IMG/VR virus record: IMGVR_UViG_3300031951_000034
Span: 1 to 64,000 of that record
DNA: 64,000 nt
Strand: one strand, 5' to 3'
From: a virus
The position numbers and the translations under genes are program-made. Positions within the stretch are counted from its first letter, which is position 1; every line of letters starts with the position of its first letter. Below are positions 1-9,769 of this stretch, one piece after another. Below the pieces are notes generated by a model. It worked only from the letters and a program-made list of their open reading frames with translations. It was not told where the DNA came from and did no database searches.

Positions 1-100
1 AAAATCCGAATGTAACTCCCAATCAAATATATGCAGATAAGAGATATATTCAGGACTATCAAAATTTCTTAAATAGAAATAAAAGAAGAAGGTAATAAAA

Positions 101-919
101 TTGATAAATAAAAAATCAGATTTTTTAGCCAGCGCGGCGTCTTTCATTCCAGTATTGGGGGGATCAATAGAGAAGAGTGGCAACGATCAATCAATTACAG
201 GAAGTCAAAGCACTCCTGGATTTTTAGGTCAATTAACAAAGGAAATAGTATTAGATCCACCTGTAGACGCTGTAAAAGATTTATCGTCATCAGCAAACCT
301 AGCATATTCTGGTGATCATGCTGGCGCTGGAGGTAAGTTTCTTTCTGGAGTTGGCAACGCTTTATTGACGGGATCTTCATTTGTCCCTGCTCTTGGGGTG
401 GCAGGAAAGGGAATTAGGCTATTAAGTAAAATTACCGGAGCTGGTGCAAAAGCCTTAAAATTGACTAATGCCGCAAGTAAGATTAATAGAGCTGGAGCTG
501 TTTCTTCAAAGTTTTTAAGGGCACCAAAAGCAATTCTGGGAAAGACCCCAGTATTGGGAGTATTAACGGGAAACAAAAATATATTTAAATATACAAAGCC
601 CCAAGCTGGTCAAAAATTTTTACAACCATCTAACTTATTAAGGTTAAGTGGAAACACAATGAAGGGTGTGGTCAATAGTGCACCCACCTTAGGAGCGGGT
701 CTAGGATTATCTGGAGCAGGCTCATTAATGTACTCATATAGCCCAAGTGGCCAAATGGATTCAATGCTGAATAGTAGTGTTTTTAGTGATATAATAGGAA
801 AAGACTTAACAGAAGAAATATCTGGACTATCCTCAAAGGATAAATTAAGAGTATTCCAGCACCTCAAAAACAAAACAGACATTCCAGAAAGAGTTCTAGG
901 CGACTGGACAAATTCATGA
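101..919 (+). CDS. Gly/Ala-rich putative virion (head-internal/ejection) protein
   Basis: 272-aa ORF with TTG start. Hydrophobic Gly-rich stretches (LGAGLGLSGAGSL, VPALGVAGKG). Overlaps the next gene by 4 nt. Function inferred from context only. Confidence 0.45.
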   Translation: MINKKSDFLASAASFIPVLGGSIEKSGNDQSITGSQSTPGFLGQLTKEIVLDPPVDAVKDLSSSANLAYSGDHAGAGGKFLSGVGNALLTGSSFVPALGVAGKGIRLLSKITGAGAKALKLTNAASKINRAGAVSSKFLRAPKAILGKTPVLGVLTGNKNIFKYTKPQAGQKFLQPSNLLRLSGNTMKGVVNSAPTLGAGLGLSGAGSLMYSYSPSGQMDSMLNSSVFSDIIGKDLTEEISGLSSKDKLRVFQHLKNKTDIPERVLGDWTNS

Positions 920-1812
920 GTAATATAAAAAGATTTTCAAGAGATTTTAGTGACGATCCAGATTACTCTCCTTCTTGGAGGGCTAACCAAGCATTCGAAT
1001 ATAGAAGGGTCCACAGGGAATTGCTTACTAGAGGGGAAGAAGATTTTGTTGTGATCCCAGAGGACGAGGACGATCAATACATAATAGATTATTTTTCATA
1101 TTTAGTTCATGGGGCCTGCAGATTCCCAGAAGTCAAATACGCACATTCTTGTTTTGTAAGTAATCACACAAGAGGATTTGGCACACAAATACAATCCATG
1201 CTTCTTGGCAAAAAGACACTTAAGGAAATCTCTTCAGAATTTAAAACAAAAGAGCAAAATATTGAGTGTTACTTAAAATTATTTTTCGATGTGTCTAGGT
1301 ATCTGGATAGTGAAAATTTTGTTTATTCAATTATTTCACCATATGATAGGTGGAAAGAGACTCCACAAGACGTAGTGGCAAGCTCAATATGGATGGGCAT
1401 TTCCTATGCGTTTGGCTGGGAGACAGCAAAATATATACTACAAAGAAGAATTAATGTGAACGATAGTATTGCTTCTAAGCTAGTAAATTCTATGAAGAAT
1501 TGCTTGGAGCTTCAGGCAAGTGAATATATACTTGGGGTTAGATTGATAAATCACGCTAGACCAAGTGACTTCGATAGACATATATCTTACACGAATGCAT
1601 TAAGTCTATCTGAGCAGACAAAACAAGGAGACGAAAATTTAAATTCAGATTTATTTAGAAAAGCACTTTGGGAAAGCATAACAGAGGTGTCATCGACGCT
1701 TAGCTACGATGATCCAGTTAGAAAAATAATCGGTGACAAAGAAAGAGAATCAAGAGGAGTAGACAAAAAAGAAATTAAAGAATTGACATATTTTTCTCCA
1801 CAACCATTATAA
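916..1812 (+). CDS. hypothetical protein (head module)
   Basis: 298-aa ORF coupled to the upstream gene (ATGA overlap). No recognised catalytic motif. Confidence 0.55.
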   Translation: MSNIKRFSRDFSDDPDYSPSWRANQAFEYRRVHRELLTRGEEDFVVIPEDEDDQYIIDYFSYLVHGACRFPEVKYAHSCFVSNHTRGFGTQIQSMLLGKKTLKEISSEFKTKEQNIECYLKLFFDVSRYLDSENFVYSIISPYDRWKETPQDVVASSIWMGISYAFGWETAKYILQRRINVNDSIASKLVNSMKNCLELQASEYILGVRLINHARPSDFDRHISYTNALSLSEQTKQGDENLNSDLFRKALWESITEVSSTLSYDDPVRKIIGDKERESRGVDKKEIKELTYFSPQPL

Positions 1813-1836
1813 TTTATCTTAATATAATAAACACTT

Positions 1837-3252
1837 ATGATTTACGAGCGTATTGAAAAAGCACTTAATTCTGCTATCAAACTCCATAACTCTGGAACAA
1901 ATGCAAATGATAGTATTATAAAAGTAGCTAGAGAACATGAACTTAACCCAGAGACTATTAATAGAGTCATCGAAGCTTTCAATACTGCTAAGACAAAAGC
2001 TTATGTTAAAGTAGCAAAAGATAAATCAGCTGATTTTGACATAGCGGATAAAAAAACAGTAATAAATAGTGTATTCAACGAAGCTCAAATTCCTGCTAAT
2101 TCTGTTGTTTCAGAAATGAAAGAGGACTTGAATGATTTTCTTGCTACTGAAGAAGTATCTAAGACTGCTTCGGAAGAAGAGTTTAATATTGCAAGCACCT
2201 CGTCTATCCCCCTAGAATCAAGGATCAAAACAGCATTCTTCGCTATAAATGAACAGAACAGAGAATTAAGCGAAAAGAGAGATTACCTAATAGACAGCAG
2301 AGAGGCTTTCTATAAGGGGATGAAAGAAGCTTCAGAAATATTAGAGTTTACTGAAGAAAGAGAGAAAATAGCCGATTACGCTGCTCAAATTTTTTACGAG
2401 TATCAAGACAATAAACCAGCTGGAAGAATACTTGGGTTGATAGCTAAAGTCGCAAAGATAACAATAGATGATTTGTCTGAAAACTTATCTGGCGACATAA
2501 ATTATAGCGACAATAAATTTTTGAGATGCTTCTCCGGCCTAGTTGATTCTGAGTCTGCATATACTGACAGCGTAAAAGGATTTAATTCATTGGTTAGAGA
2601 TTGCTCAACCAAAGAAGCTGAATTAAGAAATTTAATCTGTGAGGCAAGTGGTATAAATAAAGAAGCTACTGCATCGAATTACTTGTGGAGCCCAGGAAGA
2701 GGAAATTTAGTTTCTACTCAAAAATTTGCAGAATTTCCATTCGACTTAATATCTGACTTTGATCAAATTGTTTTTGGTGACTCAAAAAAAAACACAATTA
2801 AGTCAATAAAAGTAGCTGACATGCTTAATCCAACAGCGGCTGTAATGAACCAGCTTGCAGATAATTTTAAGTCTAAGATAACTTCTTCAGATTCTGGCAT
2901 GGCTGGTGACGCCGCAAAAGGATATTCATTAAAGGTAAGAGGAATTGAAAGCCCTAAAAAACAACAGATAGATAAGCAAGAGATAGAAAACATCAAAAGA
3001 GAGGCTATCTTGAGAGAATTGATGAACGACGACATCATATCTCAGCAAGACCCATCGGAAATAGAAAATTCATACAATGCACTTATTCAATTGGCTCCAA
3101 ACGCTAGTATGATTAAGGATATAGCTAGGTCTGTACTCAGACAGGGTACAGCACAGGTGATAGACCCACATTTTGCTAATTCATTAGTTGAACTAGAAAA
3201 CAATTTATTAAAAACTAAAAACTTTGGTCAAGTTCAGCCACAACAAAGATGA
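1837..3252 (+). CDS. putative head structural/internal protein, K-x-A rich
   Basis: 471 aa, helical, about 13 K-x-A motifs (KVA, KSA, KTA, KEA, KIA, KFA). Lies upstream of the protease. Confidence 0.5.
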   Translation: MIYERIEKALNSAIKLHNSGTNANDSIIKVAREHELNPETINRVIEAFNTAKTKAYVKVAKDKSADFDIADKKTVINSVFNEAQIPANSVVSEMKEDLNDFLATEEVSKTASEEEFNIASTSSIPLESRIKTAFFAINEQNRELSEKRDYLIDSREAFYKGMKEASEILEFTEEREKIADYAAQIFYEYQDNKPAGRILGLIAKVAKITIDDLSENLSGDINYSDNKFLRCFSGLVDSESAYTDSVKGFNSLVRDCSTKEAELRNLICEASGINKEATASNYLWSPGRGNLVSTQKFAEFPFDLISDFDQIVFGDSKKNTIKSIKVADMLNPTAAVMNQLADNFKSKITSSDSGMAGDAAKGYSLKVRGIESPKKQQIDKQEIENIKREAILRELMNDDIISQQDPSEIENSYNALIQLAPNASMIKDIARSVLRQGTAQVIDPHFANSLVELENNLLKTKNFGQVQPQQR

Positions 3253-3629
3253 AAACAAGAACCCTAAAATATATTTCAGATCAAAAATATTTCGTAGAGA
3301 TAAAAAATGAAGATTTCTCTGATGAAGACAATAAATTGATACAAAAATTTGGAGAGCCGGAAATAAATGTTGGTGGATTGTATGGAGAAGAGACTGTGCC
3401 TGGGGAAGCCCCAAGCCCAACAGCTGATTGGATACTCCCAAATAAATTTATTAAAGTCAAAAGAGGTTTTCAGCCATTTGTATGTTTTTTTGATAAAAGG
3501 TCCTTTACTGATGCGCAAACTAGAGCCAATTATCTAGCCGAGACGATTGTTACTAGAATACAATCTGCTATGTCTGTTCTCAGGTCCCAACAAGATTCAT
3601 ACACTAGTGAATCTGTAACAAATATTTAG
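3249..3629 (+). CDS. hypothetical virion protein
   Basis: 126-aa ORF overlapping the upstream stop (ATGA). Confidence 0.5.
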   Translation: MKTRTLKYISDQKYFVEIKNEDFSDEDNKLIQKFGEPEINVGGLYGEETVPGEAPSPTADWILPNKFIKVKRGFQPFVCFFDKRSFTDAQTRANYLAETIVTRIQSAMSVLRSQQDSYTSESVTNI

Positions 3630-3645
3630 TAAGTAATTTTACAAG

Positions 3646-4509
3646 ATGTATATGATTTTAGAAAATGTTTTGACAAAAGTGCATGAAAAACTAGCTAATG
3701 ACGAAATCGGGTTAGCAATGCAAAAGTGTGACTCTGAGATGGGTGAACTTGCTCTAACTTGCTTGAGAGCAAAAAGAGTTAAACAAGCGCAATCACCAGA
3801 CTTAAATTCAATAAAAGATTTTATTTTGAGTGGGTTAAATTCCGCTGGTGATAAAATTAATAGCATCCCAGGAGGAAAAAATATCGCTGGTGGCATAGGT
3901 GGGGCAGCGCTAGGTGGTCTATTTGGAAATCTTTCTTCATCTAAGGGCGAGTTCGAAACAGATGATGACTTCAAAAGAAGAAAAAGAAACTCAACACTGA
4001 GTGGGTTGGTTGCTGGCGGTGCTGTTGGTGCTTCTGTACCATCTATATTAAATGGCTTGGGCAACACAGCTAAATCTATTGTTGCTGGTGATGGTGACCA
4101 AAAAGATACAATTAAGGATAAAGCTAAGAGCGTACTTAATCCCAATACTATATTGGGCACAGTGGGACTTGGTGGTGGCGGATTTTTGAATAATTATTTA
4201 ACTAAAAATAATTTAGCAACACTAACGAATAAAGCTAGGGAAGAAGGTGGAGAAGCTTTTCAAAAGGCTATAGGAGACCACACATATGGATCTGATACAG
4301 CTTTATTTAAAAAGTTAGAGAAATTTATGTCAAAAAGGGTCGGCGGTGGACTTGGTTCTCCTATAGTTAGAAAAGACCCAATGATTATGAGGGCATTAAA
4401 GAGTGCTTTAAAGAGAAAAATTTTATTACCGGTTGCTGGAGCTGCTGCGCTACCAGCATTAAATGAATTGTATCTTGGGGACAAATTCTTCGATAAACCA
4501 GCATTTTAA
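3646..4509 (+). CDS. glycine-zipper putative head-internal/ejection protein
   Basis: GxxxG-rich segments IAGGIGGAALGGLFG, GLVAGGAVGA, LGTVGLGGGG. N-terminal KLA and KQA motifs. Confidence 0.5.
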   Translation: MYMILENVLTKVHEKLANDEIGLAMQKCDSEMGELALTCLRAKRVKQAQSPDLNSIKDFILSGLNSAGDKINSIPGGKNIAGGIGGAALGGLFGNLSSSKGEFETDDDFKRRKRNSTLSGLVAGGAVGASVPSILNGLGNTAKSIVAGDGDQKDTIKDKAKSVLNPNTILGTVGLGGGGFLNNYLTKNNLATLTNKAREEGGEAFQKAIGDHTYGSDTALFKKLEKFMSKRVGGGLGSPIVRKDPMIMRALKSALKRKILLPVAGAAALPALNELYLGDKFFDKPAF

Positions 4510-4512
4510 TAA

Positions 4513-5841
4513 ATGAGAAAATTAATTTTCAACGACTCGTTTGAGTATCCAGATGCGGAGTATCTGGTCAAAATAATTGATGACCCACAGAGAAGGGATA
4601 AAATAGCTTCGTCTGTTAGACATAGCTGGGGGGACATAGAGCCAATAAAAAATCACGCAATAATTCACTTAATTGCGCTTGGATCATTCGAAAAGACCGG
4701 AAGCAATTTAAACTTTGATGCTTTTGAGGAGGAGGTTTGTAAAAAATCTCATCCAACTTTCGTGAAGAAAGCTAAATTATACAGGCATCATAATAGTAAA
4801 GTCCCACATGAGCAGAGAGATGGAGACGTAATTAAATCTGCATACAATGAAAAAATGGGAAGAGTTGAGTTAGCTATTGCCGCTAATATAGACAAATGTG
4901 CTGACTGGCTTGGCAGAGTTGAAAGAGGTGGAGATGTTAAATTTTCTATGGGCTGGCATTGCGATAATGATGTTTGCTCTATATGCGGAAATGTAAGTAA
5001 AGCCCCGTCTGAATATTGCATTCACGTCAAGAAGGCCGCTCCACATCCATTTGGTAGAAATAAGATATTGTCAGATGGTAGAAAGTGTTTTGTATATAAC
5101 AGAGAGGGGTACTGGAACGACATATCATTTGTTGATCGTGGGGCAGACATGATAGCAATGGATTTAGCTAAAATCGCTGGGTTAGACCCAAGTGAGCCAA
5201 TGGGGGGAGCTGAACTAGCAGAGCTAATAGAAAATAGGATTTTATCTACACCCAAACTAGCTATAGCTGAAAAACTTTCTAAAATTCAAAAATACATAGA
5301 TGCAGTTGGCGTTAATGCTCCAAAAAATGTTTTAGACAAAACAGATCTATCTGAATCGGCAATAAGAGAATTACAGAAAAAAAATCCAAAAGATATGTTT
5401 GGTTGCTTATCAAAGAATGCATCAATTCTTCCTTTTAGGGTTTTTTATAAACTTGCTTCTGGATCTAGGTATAATGACTTTAAAAATTTAATAGACGAAA
5501 CAGAAGATGTAATAAGTGAGTGCATAAGACTTGAACTTAAAGAGGCTTCCAGTTTAGAGCAAATTGCATCTATCCATGACTTTGATTCATCTTGTAGTGG
5601 AAATATATCCATTACACAAAACACAAAAAACGAAATAAATAAATTTATCTTATCTTCAGAAGTTCAGGACGAAAAAATAAAAAAAGCAGTTCTTTACAAT
5701 GAGGAATTAAATGATAAAAAAACTTCTATAAAGCCAGAGTCTCGTGCTATGGTAAGACAATACCTAGCTTACAAGGTTGCTGCTTTAAATGATATATCCG
5801 CTAATGATGATGTAATATTCAATGCTTTTATGTTGAATTGA
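4513..5841 (+). CDS. prohead (maturation) protease
   Basis: Directly precedes scaffold and MCP. His in LYRHHN and Ser in KFSMGW, followed by a CSICGN...YCIH Zn-finger and ISFV. This layout fits HK97/herpes-fold phage prohead proteases. Confidence 0.7.
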   Translation: MRKLIFNDSFEYPDAEYLVKIIDDPQRRDKIASSVRHSWGDIEPIKNHAIIHLIALGSFEKTGSNLNFDAFEEEVCKKSHPTFVKKAKLYRHHNSKVPHEQRDGDVIKSAYNEKMGRVELAIAANIDKCADWLGRVERGGDVKFSMGWHCDNDVCSICGNVSKAPSEYCIHVKKAAPHPFGRNKILSDGRKCFVYNREGYWNDISFVDRGADMIAMDLAKIAGLDPSEPMGGAELAELIENRILSTPKLAIAEKLSKIQKYIDAVGVNAPKNVLDKTDLSESAIRELQKKNPKDMFGCLSKNASILPFRVFYKLASGSRYNDFKNLIDETEDVISECIRLELKEASSLEQIASIHDFDSSCSGNISITQNTKNEINKFILSSEVQDEKIKKAVLYNEELNDKKTSIKPESRAMVRQYLAYKVAALNDISANDDVIFNAFMLN

Positions 5842-5902
5842 CATTCAAAAAAAGAGTGGACACAAAACTAAATACAAAATAAAATCAAAAAATATAAATA
5901 TT

Positions 5903-7597
5903 ATGAGTAAAAGAAAAGCTCCCAAATTTAACACAGTCCTTGAAGACTTTCGCAGATTCATCGGTGAATCTAAAACAGCTGAAGAGTCCCAAGGAAATAA
6001 CGAAACATCCATCTCAAAGGGCACTAGTGACTCTGAAGTAAATCAAGCTCTTCCTGGTTCTGGAAAAGCAACCGGTTCTAATTCAGACAAGGGGTTGTCC
6101 ATGGGTGTCGAAGCCACAGAAAAAGCTCCAGGAACAAAAGAGCCAACTCAAGAAGAGCGTTCCAGAAAAGAGTGTTCGCCATCTAGCAAGATTGCTGAGG
6201 ATGGTTCTGCTGCTGACCTTGTTAACAAACTTTTGAGTAATATCAAGCTTGCCACAGAAGAGCTCGAAAAACAGGCTGAAATGCCAGAGCAATTAAAGAA
6301 GGTTGTGGAAGAAAAAAAAGAGGATTCTGCTGAAGAAAAAGAAGAGTCGTCTGATGAAAAGGAAGAAGACAAGGAAGACAAGGAAGACAAAGAAGCTGCC
6401 GAAAAAAAATTAACAGAGGCTCAAAAAAAAATTGATTTAAACTCCAATGGCAAAATAGAGTCGAAAGATCTAGAAGCCCTCAGAAAAGAAGACAAACCCA
6501 AGGTTGCAGAAGATACAGTTAACACAGAAGAGGGTAAAGAAGAGGGTAAAGAAGAGGTTAAAGAAGCAAGCTCCAATGAAATAGACGAAGATGCGTTAGC
6601 GGAAAAAATTGCAATGCACTACAGAAATGTCTCTGTAGGATATGAATTAGGCAAGTTCCTGTTTAAGACCCTTGAGGATAAAATGGCTGAAGAAGCTGTA
6701 GCCCCCCAAGAAGCTCCAGAAGCTGGTTCGGCTGAAGGATCTGAGATTGAACTTATATTGCAAGCATTACAAGAATTAGTTCAAGAAGGACAAATATCAG
6801 AGGAGCAAGCACAACAGGTTTTAATGCAACTTCAATCTGCTACTGAGGGTGGCGCTGCTCCAGAAGGTGCTGCACCTGAACAGGAAGAAGCTCCAGAGGA
6901 AGCAACAGAAGAAGCTCCAGAAGAAGAAGAGCCCAAAACAGCATCTCTTTTTTCTGAAAAAGAAATAAAAGAAATTGAGACTAATATTAATAGTAAAGTA
7001 GCTGAATGGGTTTCTGAAGGCAAAACAGACAAAGAAATAACTGAACTCGTTAAGCAAGCTGCTGAAAACGATGCGAAAATTATTAACGAAAAAAAATCAG
7101 AAAAATTAGCCGCTGATGCTAATAACAGAAAGCTTGCAGCACTTGTTGAGCTTGGTTATTCGACTGAGCAAATCGAGGAATATTTCAAGACAGCACAGCA
7201 GCAAGATGAATTAAACAAAGCCATTGATAAAATGGTTTGCGATAAAGTTGCTGAGTTGAAAGAAGCTGGCAAAAATGACGCTGAAATAACTGAATACCTT
7301 AATCAAGCTGCCGTTGAGGACGCTAAATTAATTAAGTCCGCAATGGAACAAGAAAGTATCCAGGCCGCTATCTTAAATAAAGTCGCTGAAGAGAGAAAGC
7401 AAAAGATGGCCAATGTGTCTCCAGAAGTTCAACAAATCCTTCAAGCGCTTGAAGCCCTTCTTCAGTCTGGTCAGATCAGCGAAGAAGAAGCTATGCAAGT
7501 ATTACAAGAATTAGGCTTATCTGGCGGAGGAGAAGAAGCCGCTGCTGCACCAGCTGCACCCGAGGCTCAAGCTCCAGTTCCACCGCAAGCTGCTTAA
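5903..7597 (+). CDS. capsid scaffolding protein
   Basis: 564 aa, very acidic Glu/Ala/Lys-rich coiled-coil with internal repeats. Lies between protease and MCP. Confidence 0.7.
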   Translation: MSKRKAPKFNTVLEDFRRFIGESKTAEESQGNNETSISKGTSDSEVNQALPGSGKATGSNSDKGLSMGVEATEKAPGTKEPTQEERSRKECSPSSKIAEDGSAADLVNKLLSNIKLATEELEKQAEMPEQLKKVVEEKKEDSAEEKEESSDEKEEDKEDKEDKEAAEKKLTEAQKKIDLNSNGKIESKDLEALRKEDKPKVAEDTVNTEEGKEEGKEEVKEASSNEIDEDALAEKIAMHYRNVSVGYELGKFLFKTLEDKMAEEAVAPQEAPEAGSAEGSEIELILQALQELVQEGQISEEQAQQVLMQLQSATEGGAAPEGAAPEQEEAPEEATEEAPEEEEPKTASLFSEKEIKEIETNINSKVAEWVSEGKTDKEITELVKQAAENDAKIINEKKSEKLAADANNRKLAALVELGYSTEQIEEYFKTAQQQDELNKAIDKMVCDKVAELKEAGKNDAEITEYLNQAAVEDAKLIKSAMEQESIQAAILNKVAEERKQKMANVSPEVQQILQALEALLQSGQISEEEAMQVLQELGLSGGGEEAAAAPAAPEAQAPVPPQAA

Positions 7598-7621
7598 TAA
7601 AAAAAGGAGTAAAATATAAAT

Positions 7622-8014
7622 ATGAACAATTTTAAAGAATTAATCGAAAACGCTGCAAAGCTTGCAGAACAAGCCATACCAGCGTTTAAGGATCAAGAAA
7701 AACTCAAGGAAATAGAGCCACTTTATGAAAGTGCCGTTAAAAAAGCTGAACAACTTGAAAAAGTTGCTTCTTCCGAAAAAGAAAGCTTTAGATCTGGATT
7801 AAATAAAATAGCCGACACTTTAGTTACTAGAGGTATCTTAGAAGAGTCGAATAAAGTAGCATTTGTTTCTTCAATTGCTGATAACCCAACTGAAATCTTC
7901 AACGTGTTAGATAAAGTTGCTTCTGAACTAAAAGCAGAGAGCTTTGGTCAGCCAAGCAACTTGCAATCTCTCTCGGAATTAGATCCATTTGAGAAATTAG
8001 TAATGGAAGGATAA
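7622..8014 (+). CDS. small head assembly/scaffold-like protein
   Basis: 130 aa, helical, six K-x-A motifs. An AAGGAG Shine-Dalgarno-like site lies upstream. Confidence 0.5.
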   Translation: MNNFKELIENAAKLAEQAIPAFKDQEKLKEIEPLYESAVKKAEQLEKVASSEKESFRSGLNKIADTLVTRGILEESNKVAFVSSIADNPTEIFNVLDKVASELKAESFGQPSNLQSLSELDPFEKLVMEG

Positions 8015-8160
8015 TAAAAGTATTGATTATTTTTAATTAATATAACAAAATATTAAAAATCAGTTTATTCAAGAGTTTAAATTGATATCGTCAGGCTCAC
8101 GAGACGATGCTACTAGAAGTAGTATGAAGTAGGAGCAAAACTAAAAAAAAGGAAACAAAC

Positions 8161-8667
8161 ATGTCTCTCGAAGTTAACGTAAATATCGTGAAGGGTTGGC
8201 CAAATCCTTCTGTCGTTGAGAAAAGCCTTGCTGCGGCCACTGGCGTGTCACTCTTTCAGGGTGATATTGCTGTTGTCGACTCCACTGGTAAGTGGACTAA
8301 AGCAGCTCATGGCACTACAATGACTCTTAGCGCTCTTCCATTTATCATAATGGTTGACAGCACAGACCCATCCACAAATCGTGGATCTCACATTCCATCC
8401 AGTTATCGTCAATTAGCGTATGGCGCTATTCACGGTATTGGATTCACCAATGCCCTCGAAATCGAAACAACTAATTACAAAACCACTGATTCTTATTCTG
8501 TTGGCTCTGAATTGGCTGTCGGTTCGGGATCGGGCGGAACGGTTGCTGGACAATTGAAACTCGCCGCTACAGGTGAAATCGTGATTGGAACAGTTACTCG
8601 TGCTCCATATACACTTGGAAACAAAACATATCTTACTTTTGTTCCAAGAGAAAATAGAACTAAATAA
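8161..8667 (+). CDS. capsid cement/decoration protein
   Basis: 168-aa beta-rich protein immediately before the MCP. Has the typical cement-like pattern (GDIAVVDSTG...YSVGSELAVG...GQLKLAATGEIVIGTVT). Confidence 0.65.
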   Translation: MSLEVNVNIVKGWPNPSVVEKSLAAATGVSLFQGDIAVVDSTGKWTKAAHGTTMTLSALPFIIMVDSTDPSTNRGSHIPSSYRQLAYGAIHGIGFTNALEIETTNYKTTDSYSVGSELAVGSGSGGTVAGQLKLAATGEIVIGTVTRAPYTLGNKTYLTFVPRENRTK

Positions 8668-8684
8668 TTGGAGAATAATTTAAA

Positions 8685-9677
8685 ATGAATACTAACATTC
8701 CAGCTAAACTTATTAATGATAAATTCATGGAGAAGATCGCCTCGAACGATCTTAATAAAGCTGCTGAGGTCGCCACAGACTTCACACGTTTAACTCTCCG
8801 TGAAGAGGGTCTTCTTCGTAAAATCCTCCCACCTCAGACAATCACTGCCGCTGAGCTCGACAAACAGCTCGATACAGATGAGCCAGTCAAGATCGTTGAC
8901 AAAGAAGTTTCGCAACCACTCTCGATGAGCGTTGGTTTTGCTACTCTTCCTAAGAATCGTATCATGAAGGGTGACAGATATCGTGTTGACTTTGCTCGCA
9001 TCCTTAGCCCAAGCTACTTCCAAGACGTTCGTAGACTTGAGCAATACGATTACGATATCCGTAACGTGTTCAAAGAAAATGCGATTAAAGATCACATGAC
9101 AGCTGAAGACGTTCCATTCTTCCAGACAGTTGACGCTATCGTCGGCAACAATGGTAATAATGTGAGCGCCGTCACAGGTAAGGTTCAATACTATGACTTC
9201 ACAAATACAGCCAAGAACCCACTTGGTATTTCGACTGGCTGGACGCGTGAAGCCCTTGTAGAATCTACAAAAATCCTTTCGAAGGGTTTTACTCCTGCTG
9301 GTGCTGCACTTGGTGCTGAGCAAACTCCTATCCGTCTTAACACTGACCTCATCGTCATGAACGTTAATACTGGACGCGAGTACCTCAAGTTCCAACACGT
9401 CAATATCGGTGATCTCTCGACTGAGTTGTTCAAGGGCGGTCTTTCGGCCACTACACTTCTCGGCCACAAGCATCTCTTCACAATGAAGGACGACATCGTC
9501 AAGGACGGCGAGGTTTATTACTTTGCTGCCCCACAATTCCTTGGCAAGTTCTACGAACTCGAACAACCAACTATGTTTGTTGATCGTCGTGCGTTCATGG
9601 TTGAGTTCTTTATCTACTCCTCGATTGGTGCCTCTATCGGTAACCCATTTGGCGTGGCTAAAGCGAAATTCTTCTAA
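8685..9677 (+). CDS. major capsid protein (HK97 fold)
   Basis: 330 aa, follows protease/scaffold/cement. Strongly biased highly-expressed codon usage and followed by a strong terminator. N-arm motif (FTRLTLREEGLLRKILPP) is MCP-like. Confidence 0.8.
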   Translation: MNTNIPAKLINDKFMEKIASNDLNKAAEVATDFTRLTLREEGLLRKILPPQTITAAELDKQLDTDEPVKIVDKEVSQPLSMSVGFATLPKNRIMKGDRYRVDFARILSPSYFQDVRRLEQYDYDIRNVFKENAIKDHMTAEDVPFFQTVDAIVGNNGNNVSAVTGKVQYYDFTNTAKNPLGISTGWTREALVESTKILSKGFTPAGAALGAEQTPIRLNTDLIVMNVNTGREYLKFQHVNIGDLSTELFKGGLSATTLLGHKHLFTMKDDIVKDGEVYYFAAPQFLGKFYELEQPTMFVDRRAFMVEFFIYSSIGASIGNPFGVAKAKFF

Positions 9678-9704
9678 GAGTTTCCCTCCTGGTAAATAAA
9701 AACT

Positions 9705-9735
9705 GAGGCGGCAGAAATGCCGCCTCTTTTTTTTT
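9705..9735 (+). terminator. rho-independent terminator after MCP
   Basis: GAGGCGGCA-GAAA-TGCCGCCTC: 9-bp stem, GNRA loop, then a T run. Confidence 0.9.
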
Positions 9736-9761
9736 GACAACTTAAGGTTATTTGTTATTAT
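9734..9761 (+). promoter_or_regulatory. possible sigma70-type promoter
   Basis: TTGACA-N16-TATTAT just downstream of the MCP terminator, 8 nt before the ATG at 9770. Confidence 0.3.
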
Positions 9762-9769
9762 TTTTTAAT

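Noticed and set aside
780-802. FSDIIGK shared between ORF 101..919 and a TMP type-B repeat (~23136)
   Set aside because: It is only a 7-residue match with different codons and no convincing flanking similarity, so likely chance.
8790-9740. 316-aa antisense ORF across the MCP
   Set aside because: Explained by the MCP's biased codon usage. There is no recognisable protein motif.
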